The position numbers and the translations under genes are program-made. The notes below the pieces were generated by a model. It saw only the letters and a program-made list of their open reading frames with translations. It ran no database searches and was not told the origin of the DNA. A stretch of 64,000 bases of DNA from Azolla caroliniana (lineage: Eukaryota; Plantae; Polypodiophyta). The stretch is taken from the NCBI GenBank assembly GCA_043228905.1, contig JBHGNT010000009.1, forward strand, positions 5,890,001 through 5,954,000, given 5' to 3'. Below, one piece after another: positions 45,667 to 58,700 of this stretch. Positions within the stretch are counted from its first letter, which is position 1, and each line of letters starts with the position of its first letter.

Positions 45667-48600
45667 TGTTGAGAGATAAAGCTCAACTTAGTTTAGTTAG
45701 TTAGTCAACCATGTAACTTCGTAGTTACTAGTTACCTAGATAGAATCTAGTTAGAAGTGTTGACTATAGCGACTTAAATAGGACCTTGTACTTAAGTAGG
45801 ATATTCTAGATCCTCCACTCCAAGGTCCTTTAATATAGGACTTTCATGGTTGTACCTATATTATCCTCACACATGTGCACCCTTGCACATGTTATATATA
45901 TATACCTCATTGTGGGTATTTTTGTAGATGATGATGATAATGCTAATTTAACATAGTTACTCATCCCCCATCTTGTGTTGTTCATAAGTGTATCTCTCTC
46001 TCTCTCTCTCTTCCTCTCACACACATACACACACATCACTTAATCTTCTGCTTATCAACTAATCACATAATTAGGTACTAATTAACCCATACTTACCTAA
46101 TTCTTAACATGGTATCAGAGTGCGTGGTTTAGAAAATCCACTAAGCCCACCTGATTCCGTGATTGTGTGTTCGAGACGCCGACGACAAAAATCCGGCTAT
46201 CGGCTACCATAGTGCTGCTACGTAGCACGTGTACGTGATCGAAGGAAGAAAAGCAAAAGAAGAGAAGATACTACAATCAACATGAACACACAAATGGGTA
46301 GCTCGCTCCTTAGTGAAAAGCTAGACCAGAGCAATTATTCATCTTGGGAGTACAAGATGACCCAATACCTCGTCGGCCAAGGGTATTGGAGCTACATCAA
46401 CGACGCTCAAGAAAATCGACCCGACCCAAAGAATGCCGACTACGCAACATGGGAGCAAGCGGCTAGTCGAGTCATGTATTGCTTGGCAACATGTGTCCAC
46501 GACCACATGCTCAGCCATATTCGAGACGCCAAGATGCCTAAAGAAGCGTGGGCGAACTTAAAGAAAATGTTCGCCGCCAACACGACCGCCCGAAAGCTTC
46601 AACTCCGACAAGAGTTGAACAACATTCGGCAAAAAGACATGTCCGTGTCGGACTACACCGCCAAGATCAAGAGCATTTGTGACTCGCTTGGCTCCATCAA
46701 AATAAACGTTGATGAAGATGAGATGGTTCAAGTATGCTTGGGCGGCCTCGCACAACGATTCGATCCATTACGGGCGACAATCTTGGCAAGAGAAAACCCT
46801 CCTTCATTCTTCAACCTCCAATCAATGCTATTGGTCGAAGAGAACCATGTCTGAACCAAGATGAAGACGTCGGAAGGACAAATGTTCTTCTCAAGTTCGG
46901 ACGGTGGCCGAGGACGAGGTCACGGTGGTAGAAGAGGTCAATTCGATCCATCACACGAAGGGAACTCAAACCTTCATGGAAGCCATCGAGGAACCTTCGG
47001 AAGAAGGGGGAGCTTCCACGCCGAACATGGTCGGCAAACGAGGCCCGCAACTTGCAATTATTGCGGCAAAGTCGGCCACTTTGAGGCGGAGTGTCGGAAA
47101 AAGAGAAGTGAGTCGGCTTCAACAAGTCGACAACTCACAAACTACGCATCGAACTCCGACTACGACAATTGTAGCGGAATGTTCACGAATCATGCATTGA
47201 ATTCTGACTACCACGATCGTAGTGAAATGTTTACAAATTATGCCCCAAATTCCGACTACGGCGACCATGGCGGAATGTTCATAATGAGGCATAGAGTGAA
47301 CTCTATCACGACCTCCAACTCGGAAGACGTGTGATTCGTCGATTTCGGCGCCTCACATCACATGACATCTCAGGAAGAGTGGTTTCATGATTTACGAACG
47401 GCGGATCGACCCGACTTCATAGAGATGGGAGATGACACCACGCACCCCATTCGGCACATCGGCAATGTCCCATTTGGGAAAGAAGGCGACTAAACTTGCA
47501 TCAATTATGTCTTGCACGTGCCCACAATAACGAAGAATTTGGTCTAGGTCGGCCAAATTGTGGAGCAAGGCATGCAAGTCCGCTTCAACAGTGAAGGTTG
47601 TTTCATTGAGAAAGATGGCCGACTTAAAGCGAAGGGGCAGAGAGACGACCGAATGTTCATCCTCGATTCGAATGAGGTGAAATCGGCAATGTACACTAAA
47701 AGTCTCAAAACCGAGATAAGCATCGAGTTGTGGCACAAGAGAATCGGCCATATAAACCTCCAACGGCTCCGAGCTATGCAAACCAAGGGAGTTGTCATCG
47801 GACTTCCGACATTCGAGTCAAAACGAGTCGACCAAGTATGCAAAGCATGTCAACTCGGCAAACAAGATCGACTCCCATTCCTGAAGGAGAGCTCCACAAT
47901 CGAAGGCCTCCTCGACGTCATACACTCGGAAGTATGGGGACCAGCTCAAACTCCGATGATCGGCGGATGCCGATACTACGTAACCTTCATTGACGACTAC
48001 TCGCGCTACGTGTGGATCTACCCAATGAAGAAGAAAATCGAACTGCTCTCCCACTTCCAAAAGCTCAAGGGGCAAGTCGAAAAAGAAATCGGTCGGCACA
48101 TTCGATGCCTACGATCGGATGGAGGGAAGGAGTACTTCTTCAACGAATTCATCTCCTACCTCCAAAGTGAAGGCATTTGGAGAGAATTCTCGTGCCAACA
48201 CACACCCCAACAAAATGGAGTAGCCGAAAGGAAGAATCAGCAAATACTCGAGGTAGCACGCACCATGATGCATGAGAAGCACATGCCGAATTTCCATTGG
48301 GCCAAAGCGGCATCCACCGCCGTCTATGTCATGAACCGGTGCATCACCAATGGAGTCCATGAGCTAACTCCATAGGAGCTCCTCGTCGGAAGGAAGCTGA
48401 TCCTGTTGCAGCTCAAGGTGTTCGGAAGCATTGAGAATGTACGCATCCCGAACGAACAACGACAGAAGTCCGACGCGAAGTTGGAGGAATGTATCCTCAT
48501 AGGATACTCGTCCGAGAAGAAGGCATACAATGGCTACAACCCTTCTACCCGAGCGGTTCGGGTAAGTCGAGACGTAGTCTTCGACGAGTCCGCATCCTAG

Positions 48601-49720
48601 TATGCACCAGAGACAACTTCGACTCCGACTTCGCTCGACCCGGAATCCACCGAACAAGAGGTAGAAGATGGAGATCGCTTCGAACACATGTTCGAAGAAA
48701 GTTTGATTACGGCAAGGCCTAGTGGGCCACAAGAGCCCCCACACGACCCAAGCACGTCGAGGCCAAGTACGAACTTGGACAAAGGCAAAGGTAAGATGCC
48801 CGAATACGAAGTTGATCACCCCGACGATAGTGATTCAAATGTGTCAGCTCCCTCACTAGAAAGTGAGTTTGGTGTACCCATCATGCGGACACCCAGAGTA
48901 AAGAAGGCGCTCACATCGGCGAGCGAAAAACTTCGACGCTCTTCTAGAGAGAAGAATTCTATCACTCGGCTCGGCTACAACAAGTACATGGCTCATCACT
49001 ATGCCTTTGCAATGAAGGTAGCGGCCGAAGAAGAGCCCAAGAGCTCCACCGAAGCGGCTCGTAACCCACGATGGGTGAAAGCAATCGGCCAATTTCGCAC
49101 AATAAGCCTTCATCACAAGCTTGAGGGGGAGGAACCGAAATTGCCACAAAGAAGTCGACGCCGAAAGAAACAATACCGGCCATCCAAAGCCGAAGCTGAT
49201 TCAACTGAATCGAAGATCTGAACATCGAAAGCCAAAGCGGACATCGGATGCCCTGTACTTGAGCTTGAGGGGGCGCATTGAGAGATCAAGCTCAACTTAG
49301 TTTAGTTAGTTAGTCAACCATGTAACTTCGTAGTTACCTAGATAGAATCTAGTTAGAAGTGTTGACTATAACGACTTAAATAGGACCTTGTACTTAAATA
49401 GGATATTCTAGATCCTCCACTCCCAAGGTCATTTAATATAGGACATACATGGTTGTACCTATATTATCCTCACACATGTGCACCCTTGCACATGTCATGT
49501 ATATATACCTCATTGTGGGTATTTTTGTAGATAATGATGATAATGCTAATTTAACATAGTTACTCATCCCCCATCTTGTGTTGTTCATAAGTGTATCTCT
49601 CTCTCTCTCTCTCTCTCTTCCTCTCACACACATACACACACATCACTTAATCTTCCGCTTATCAACTAATCACATAATTAGATACTAATGAACCCATACT
49701 TACTTACCTAATTCTTAACA
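45667..49720 (+). mobile_element. Ty1/Copia LTR retrotransposon (copy 2), lacking RT and RNase H
   Basis: LTRs 45667-46109 and 49276-49720, PBS TGGTATCAGAG at 46110. TSD ATTTT; the empty site GATC-ATTTT-CATGG is seen in MULE copy A. Gag, zinc knuckle CNYCGKVGHFEAEC and integrase are present; the sequence jumps from ..NPRWVKAI to the 3' end. Confidence 0.93.
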
Positions 49721-52169
49721 ATTTTCATGGCAAATATTTGTTGTACACTTACCATTTTTTGGAGTTTTTGATGTTTGTTTTTAAGTCGGGCTCCTTCCTT
49801 GAGTTAGTTGGGCTCCTTCTTACTGATGTTCTCAGACAACGGGGCTCCATTTGACAGCATCGGGCTCCTGCTTACAGAGGCTGTCTGACAGCGGGGCTCC
49901 TTTTGACAGAGTTGGGCTCCTAGTGACAGAGGTTGTTAGAGAGTCGGGCTCCTGGTGACAGACATTGTCAGGTTTTTATCCATCTTGGACAGTGGAGATC
50001 GAACGCACCGTCCCTCTTCGCGATTCCCTCACTTGCCCTCTTAAATATTTGGTAGTACTTAGTCACGAGCATGTAACTTTAGAAACTTGTAGTGAACGTA
50101 GAAGACAAAGAAATATAGAGAGAATGTTGTAGAAGACGAAGTAGAAGATGGCGGAGAAGTTACACCAGGGGAACTCTGATGCAACACCCCCGACAAACTC
50201 CTCCATGGTCTGCTACCACTATCGTTTTCATGCCGAACGAAGAAGATATGCTGAGAAGAGAGGTAAGTCATCTACACTCCTATTCGATAGTGTGTAGGGT
50301 AATAGGCTTACGACCGAACAAAGGGGATTTGTGAGATCTATCTCCTTCAGGACATCGAATCGGCAAAATAATTAATATTCAATTAATTGGGCATGCTTTT
50401 ATCATTTAGAATTGGATACGACCGAGTACATAAAGGTAATGTTGAATGCTAAAATGATTAATATTCGGAATGCTATTGCTTGTTTTGTGCCGTCGAAACC
50501 ATGCCATGCCGCTTTGATCCTGTCAAAATTCTGAATTCGGGCCAACGTCTGACTCCGGTTTTCGTTGTTTTCCCCAGAATCCCCAAGGAATACATGGTTG
50601 TACCTTCCATCAATTGCAGTGAGAATAAACACGATTCTTCTTCCTCGTGAGGAGGCATTAGAAATGAAGGTAGCAGAGTGCCCATCAATTCAAATATTAG
50701 TTTAGGGAATCAAATCGGCCATGATGAGAGTACAAGGGAATCAGTTGGTATATCCAACACCACTTTTGTATTTCTTATGATTTTATAATACCAGGGCATA
50801 TCTTTTTGTCATATATATATATATATTCGAATATTAGTTCCCTAAATGAAAAATTTACTCGCTCAGGTACTTTTACCATCACTCACCGGGAATTCGATGT
50901 TTATGCAAAAATTGGAGTATGTGGGTATGCATGGGCAATGTTTTTATTGCAAATAGAAACTTGGCCATGTACTAAAATATTGCCCAAAAAAGAAGAAGGG
51001 TTTCAGACCTTAGAACGGTACACCTAATGCTCATACAAGTGTTAACCATGTTAACCTAGATAAGAGTCAACCAATGCATCTAGTTGAGGGATCTAAGAAA
51101 GGGGAAAATGTTCAACCCTCTAATGGTGACAAGGGCAAAAATGTTCAACTCTCCAAGGATGAGATGTGGAGACAAATTGAAAAGTGACATTCAATACCCA
51201 ACAAAAGCATAGAATCTAAGGGTGCGCAAGTAAGTGTAGGTTGTTATGATGCCTTGCAGGAATTAGATAACTCTTTATGACAAAATGATGCTTAGAGATG
51301 CCAAATTAGTAATGTTCTAAACAACCTATTCTTAGTGGACAAGAGACTGGTTCAATCAAAACCCTTTCCATGGCCACTCAGAATAAAACAACAATGGTAT
51401 CAAGTAAACAACAATCAACCTTGCGCAATTCATCTCGGTCATTACACAGATCTATAAAACAACCGTCTAGTTTGAGAGGGTTAAATGCGAACTTCATTCA
51501 CACAACCCCAATAAGCGTTCGAGTAGAAAATACTTGTGATTTTGTAGTCACTAGATGGAATGCCACATATAGGTTTGAATTTTTTGGGAGACGTGGTTGA
51601 TAATGGTGTTGTATCAATATGTGTTCATGTCCTTTTCAAATATATGCAATCTCTTGCAGGATTTTCCTTTCCTTTTTGTGGATATGATAAGCAAACATGG
51701 GTGGCCACTGGTAACGGATGTTTGGTTGGTTGTTAGGCAACAAACATTACATTTCGCAAAATATGTTAATTGTGACAACTTTGGGGAAGTAATGTTAAGA
51801 GGATTTGAGACGACAACTATGCAACTTTTGTCAGTGTCTAATGTGATGGGGCGGAGACAAGTAGTTGTTTCCTTAGATTCGAGATCCTTCCAAATTTTGG
51901 ATATACCTATTATCATGAAGATGGATTATCGGAAGGGCAAGCATTGGCTGAAGTTCATCATCATTATAGAATGGTACGTGAGGCTTTACCATCATATTCG
52001 ATAAGTGGTGAGAAAGATGACAATGAGGTAAATCTGGAGCCATTAGCAAAAAACATGAAAATGGTGTCACAACCACCTAAGTTTCTTTAAATCTGAGTGA
52101 TGTCATTAAATATTTAGGGGTTAGGGGGCCCCTTGGGTGGATCTCTAGATTTCCTTTTAATACAAGAAC

Positions 52170-52750
52170 ATCATTAAATGCTTTTAGAATTTCTCGTTGT
52201 GGTTCTCGTCTATCTGGGAATTGGGACGTGTTTTGGTTCCCCGCAATAGGTAACACAGAAGTTTGTGGTGGGGTTTGTATGGCTATCATTCAGAGGTGGG
52301 TTCCATTCATTATCCAAAAGCAAGTGGTTATCCCTGGAAGGGCTGGATTTGCTATTATCCAAGATGGAGAGATTACATGGGGACTCTTGAATATATATGC
52401 TCCCAATATTGTCTCTGCTCGGCAACAAATTTGGCAAGATTTATTAAATAATTTGCCTCCTCTTGACCATTGGTGTATCGTTGGTGATTTCAACATGCTT
52501 GAGGACCCCATTGATAGAATGGGAGGTAGCTCAACCACGATACATGGACATGAATTAGCAATGTGGGAAGAATTGATGTTTTCCTTACAAGTGTTAGATG
52601 CTTGGCATGCTCCTTCAATCGTTCTTCTAGACACCTCACTTCGTTTTTCATGATCAGATGGGCGTTTAAATGGTACCAATTTATCTCGCTTGGATAGATT
52701 TTACTTCTCCAGCAAATTTCATTTATCAACTGGTACAATACATATAATGC
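52170..52750 (+). pseudogene. LINE (non-LTR retrotransposon) APE endonuclease fragment
   Basis: LLNIYAPN...WCIVGDFN...SRLDRFYFS motifs of L1-type endonucleases. Confidence 0.8.
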
Positions 52751-52953
52751 TAGAAACTATAGACCCAAACCCTAAGCATTATATTGAGTACCTCAGACAA
52801 AGGGTAGTCTGGAATCCGTTGTTTACAATATTATATGGTTTAGTGTCGGGCTCTAGACAATGGTTGTCATGGGGAAAAATGTTGGAGGTGGATGAAACAA
52901 ATCAATTGACATCTCAATCGGGGAAATTTGAGACAGATTACCATTATGCTATT

Positions 52954-55720
52954 TGTTGAGATATCAAGCTGAACTTAGTTTAGTCGTTTAGTCAACAGAC
53001 GTAACTTAGTAGTTACCTACATAGAATCTCGTTAGTGTGTTGACCTTAAAGCTTTAAATAGGATTTTGTACTTGAGTGGGATACATTGTAGATCCTCCAC
53101 TCCCTTGTTCATTTAATATAGGACTTACACCTTTGTACCTATATTCGACTCACACATGTGCACCTTTGCACATGAGATGTATAAATACCTCATTGTGGGT
53201 ATTTTTATATTTGATGATGCTTTTAATATAGTTAATCATCCCCCATCTTGTTTCGTTATTCATAGTGTTAACTTCCTCTCTCTCTTCCTCCCACACACAT
53301 ATCACTTAATCTTTCGCTTAACTTAATCACATGATTAGGTACTAATTAACCCGTAGTTAATTACTTAATTTTTAACATGGTATCAGAGCGCATGGTTTAG
53401 AAAATCCACTAAGCCCACCCGACTATGTGATTGTGTGTTCGAGACGCCGACGACAAAATCTAGCTATTGGCTACCGTAGTGCCTCTACATAGCACGTGTA
53501 GGTGATCGAAAAAAGGAAAGGAAGAAGAAGAGAAAACACCACATCAAAATGAACACACAAATGGGTAGCTCACTCCCTAGTGAAAAGTTAGACCAGAACA
53601 ATTATTCATCTTGGGAGTACAAGATGAACCAATACCTTGTCGGCCAAGGGTATTGGAGCTACATTAACAACGCACTCAAAGACAAACCCGACATCACAAA
53701 CGCCAACTACCCAACGTGGGAGCAATGAGCAAGTCGGGTAATGTATTGCTTGGAAACATGTGTCCACAACCACATGCTTAGCCACATTCGAGACACCAAG
53801 ACGCCTAAAGAAGTGTGGGAGAACTTGAAGAAGATGTTCGTCGCTAACACGACCGCCCGAAAGCTTCAACTCCGACAAGAGTTGAACAACATCCGACAAA
53901 AAAATATGTCCGTGTCATACTACACTGCCAAGATAAAGAGCATTTGCAACTTGCTTGGTTCCATCAACATAAACGTCGACGAAGACGAGATGGTTCAAGT
54001 ATGCTTGGGTGACCTCGCACAACGATTCGACTCGTTGAGGACGACAATCTTGGCGAGTGAAAACCCTCCTTTGTTCTTCGACCTTCAATCAATGCTATTG
54101 GTCGAAGAGAACCACGTCTGAACCAAAAGCAAGACGCTGGAAGGACAAATGTTCTTCTTGAATTCGGATGGTGGCCGAGGACGAGGTCGAGGCGGTAGAA
54201 GAGGTCGATTTGACCCATCGAACGAAGGGAACTCAAACCTTTGACAACAAGACGGAAGCCATCGAGGAACCTTAGGAAGAAGGGAGAGCTTCCATGCTGA
54301 ACAAGGTCGGCAAACAATACCATTGCCTGCAACTATTGTGGGAAGGTTGGCCAACGCGAAGAGGAGTGTCAGAAGAAGAGAAGTGAGTTGTCTTCGACAA
54401 GCCAACAACTCACAAACTACGCCAACAACTATGAATACGACGACTACGGTGGTCTATTCGTAATGAGACATAGAGCGAACTCTATGTTGGTCTCTGACTC
54501 CACGAGCACCTCCAATTCGGAAGACGTGTGGTTCGTTGACTCCGGCGCTTCGCATCATATGACGTCACATCAATAGTGGTTCCGTGACATAACAACGCCG
54601 GACCGACCCAGCTTCATAGAGATGGGAGATGACACCACACATCCGATTCGGCACATTGACAACGAACTTCCATTTGGCAACGACAACCAAAGCAATTGCA
54701 TCAAGAATGTATTGCACATGCCCACAATAACAAAGGATTTGGTCTCAATCAGCCATATCGTGGAGCAAGGCATGAAAGTTTAGTTCAACAATGAAGGATG
54801 CTTCATCGAGAAAGATGGTCGACTCATAGCTAAAGGATGGAGAGATGGTCGAATGTTCATCCTCGATTTGAACGAGGTGAAATCGGACATGGATGCCAAA
54901 TGTCTCAAAACCAAGACGAGCATCGAGTTGTGGCACAAGAAAATCGGCCACATCAACCTCCAAAGGCTCCGAGCTATGCAAACAAAGGGAGTCGTCATTG
55001 TACTTCCGACATTTGAATCAAAATGAGTCAACTGAGTATGCGAAGCATGTCAACTCAGCAAACAACATCGACTGTCATTCCCAAAGGAGAGCTCCGCAAG
55101 CAAAGGCGTCCTCGACGTCATAAACTCAGATGTATGGGGACCGGCTCAAACGCCGATGATTGGTGGATGCCGATACTATGTCACCTTCATCGACGACTAC
55201 TCCTGATACATGTGGATCTTCTCGATGAAGAAGAAGGGCGAAGTGCTCTCCCACTTCCAAAAGCCAAGTCGAAAAACAAACCGGTCAGCACATTCGATGC
55301 CTATGATCGGATGGAGGGAAGGAGTACTTCTCTGACGAATTCATCTCCTACCTCCAACGTGAAGGCATTCGAAGAGAAATCTCGTGCCAACACACACCCC
55401 AACAAAATGGAGTAGCCGAAAGCAAGAATCGGCAAATACTCGAGGTAGCACGCGCCATGATGCATGAGAAGCACATACCAAATTTCTATTGGGCCGAAGT
55501 AGCATCCATAGCCGTCTATCTCATGAATCGATGCACCACTAATGGAGTGCATGAGCTAACTCCATACGAGTTCCTTGTTGGAAGGAAGTCGATCCAGTCG
55601 CACCTCAAGGTGTTCGGAAGCATTGTAAATGTACGCATCCCGAACGGAAAATGACAGAAGCTCGACGCGAAGTTGGAGGAATGTATCCTCGTAGGATACT
55701 TGTCTGAGAAGAAGGTATAC
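52954..55720 (+). mobile_element. Ty1/Copia LTR retrotransposon (copy 3), 5' LTR plus gag-integrase, cut by a Gypsy insertion
   Basis: LTR 52954-53377 is similar to the copy 2 LTR. PBS TGGTATCAGAGC at 53378-53389. Gag and integrase are closely similar to copy 2, with many stops. Confidence 0.9.
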
Positions 55721-58700
55721 TATCATGATATGGCAAGACTCGAACCCATAACCTGATATTATATGGATCGAGCTCTTGACCATTACATTATCTTTTGTAA
55801 TATGTAACATATTATTTTCATTTAAGTTTTACTATAGAAAATTATTGTATATTCCAGATTTCTCTAGAACATTCTAGAAGCTTCAGGATTATTCCGAAGA
55901 ACACTATAAAACGAGGCACAAGGCATTATTTCGAACCAAATTGGTTCAATGCCAGTCTTAAGCCTCATAGCTTTGTACTTACTCTTCACATAATATATCA
56001 TATGTTATCATCATCCTCTCTCTCTCTCTCTCTCACCTTCGCTATCTCTCTCTCGTGAGTCTTACGCAGTCCGTCCTCTTAGTACTAATAGTACTTCCCT
56101 TCTCTAGTACTAATTCTCTCTCTATTTTAGTACTATTCTTGATAGTTTGAACCAAATTTTCCATCTAGTCTTCTTTTCGGTTTCCCTCATCCTCTTACCC
56201 CTTTTTCCAATACTATGGCTATTGTTAGCGCCCAGGAATATCAATCCGTTTTTTCCAAGCTACAGTGTCTACAAGAAAAATTCGTTGCATTGGAACAAGA
56301 AAACCAACGCTTGTTAGGGGATCTTCAACAAATTGCTTTAGAAAAACAGCAAACGCAGCAACAACATGGGGAGTTAGCGTTACGCGTACAACAACTTGAA
56401 GGAACCATTATAGCGTTACAACAACAAGGATCAAGTCCCCAAGGACTTCATAAAGAGCCCAAGATTAGTCTTCCTGTGAAATTTGATGGAACGCACTCAC
56501 AATTTAGAGGATTCCATAATCAGGTACGCTTAGTCATGCAAATGCATCCTTCCCGATACCCCACTGATGCATCCCAAGTAGGCCTAATAGGCATGTTGCT
56601 CAGCGGCTCAACCTTGGCATGGTTCCTCCGCTTTTGGAAAAACAATCTCCCTTGCTTAATAACTTTGAAGACTTTATTAGTGAGTTTAAAACCTACTTTG
56701 GAGATACCGACAACATTAGGATGACGATCAACAAAATCCGACGATTGTGTCAAGGCGATCGTCCAGCCTTTGCCGACGCGGTGGATTTTTGTCTACTCGC
56801 CTCAGATATCCCCTGGGATGATCAAGCACTAATGGACCAATTCCGCTACGGCCTACGAAACGACGTCAAAGATTTACTTCTAACCTTTCCCGAAGAACCA
56901 AAATATCTTACAGAGGCAATCAATCGAGTGGTCCGATGCAACAACCGCCTTTTCGAACGACATTCGGAACGTCAATTTCAAATGCCACGGACTAGGCCAG
57001 AGCCCAAATGCTCCGACGCCAATGGAGATCAACACCATGCGTCGACGTGGCCCATTATCGAAAGAAGAAAAGGAATGACGACGTGCAAATCGATTATGTC
57101 TTTATTGCGGTGGACCAGGGCATATCGCCATCAACTGTCCCCATAGGCCAAGAAGACATGTACATCAAATTGTAGCCTATATTAAACCCAAGTCAATTCC
57201 CTTAGGAGTTTCTGATAGTATTAATAGTACTGATAGCCCAAGTATCTCAAACAAATTTGAAATCCTTAGTCAATTAGAGGAAGAGTTAAACGACTAAGTC
57301 CAACCAAAATAGGAGTCGTTTGGTTGGACAACCCTAGATCTGTGCAACCCATTAGTGGTTCCATTCCCTCTAAGCAAGTTAGCAATGTGTTCTTAGCCAA
57401 GTCATGATTACTACTAAAAGTACCCCTCCAGTACATGTCTTAACACTTTTAGATTCCGGAGCCAATTCCTGTTTCATGGATCGGAAATTTGCCCAAGCTT
57501 CTCATATATCCTTAAGAAAACCTCCTTGCCATGCATCTGTAGTAGTCATTGATGGTCGTCCCATTGCTTTTGGGAATATCGTAGAAGAGTCAGAACCCAT
57601 TCAGGTTGTCCTAGATAGCTTTGTGTGTGTGGTATCATTTAATATAATTAGTAGTCCAAATCATCCCATTGTCCTAGGATTACCTTGGTTTGAAGTACAT
57701 AATCCAAACATAGATTGGAGAACAAGAGAAGTCCGGTATCGACAACCCCGAGAATCTACTCATCGAGTTTCGACCATTTCGCTCCATCAATTATGTGAAG
57801 AACGACGCAAGGAGTCAATGTTTCTATTTGCAATATCAGTACATCCTTCCAACACTATTAAAAAGGAATCCTTAGTTCAACTTCCCGTGAAATATCATCC
57901 TTATGCCGATGTATTTGACAAGGACAGAGCTGGTACTTTTCCTCATCATCGTCCCTATGATTGTCCAATCGATTTACAACCAAGAACAGAGCCATCGTGG
58001 GGACCGATTTACAACTTGTCACCAATTGAGTTGGAAGTCCTTCGAGCCTACATAGAAGAGAATTTGGCAAGTGGGTTTATTCGTCATTTGAAATCTCTGG
58101 CCGGTGCACCCATTTTCTTTGTCAAAAAGAAAGATGGATCCCTTCGTCTCGTTGTTGATTACCGCGGCTTGAATAAGGTCACCATTTGGAATAGGTATGC
58201 ACTTCCCCTTATATCAAGTCTATTAGAACGGGTAAATGGAAGTTTTTTACAAAAATCGACTTACGAGGAGCATATAACCTCATGCGGATCCGACCAGGAG
58301 ACGAATGGAAGACCGCTTTTCACACCCGATATGGGCACTTCGAGTATACCGTTATGCCGTTCGGTCTAACCAATGCGCCCGCAGTCTTCCAACACATGGC
58401 AAATGATATATTCAGAGATCTCTTGGATATCTATTTGATCATCTACCTGGATGATCTATTGATTTATTCGAAGACCCAGGAAGAGCATGATTCTCATGTA
58501 CTATTAGTACTAAAACGACTCTAAGAGCATGGTCTTTATGCCAAACTAGAAAAATGTAGCTTTGACTGCAAGCAAGTGCAATTTCTAGGCTACGTCGTCT
58601 CCTCAAAAGGCATCTCCACGGATCTAGCTAAAGTCCAAACTGTGCTAGAGTGGAAAACTCCACGTTCGTTATGAGATGTGCAATGTTTCCTAGGCTTTGC

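Larger units (their letters stand above)
43463..50070 (+). mobile_element. Mutator-like DNA transposon, copy B (inverted relative to A), carrying a Ulp1-like gene fragment and interrupted by Copia copy 2
   Basis: 43463-44070 is the reverse complement of about 42760-43364. 45553-45665 plus 49721-50070 is the reverse complement of 41908-42440. 9-bp flanks AATATACAT and ATGTAACTT. Confidence 0.75.

Noticed and set aside
46110-46121. tRNA-Met-like sequence
   Set aside because: It is only the retrotransposon primer-binding site, not a tRNA gene.
41917-50058. CACTA classification based on ACTACTAC near the ends
   Set aside because: Homology between the copies extends about 10 bp further out and is bounded by 9-bp duplications rather than 3-bp ones, which favours Mutator.
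50147-50262. ATG-initiated short frame ending at a GTAAG donor (possible first exon)
   Set aside because: No identifiable downstream exon or protein similarity.
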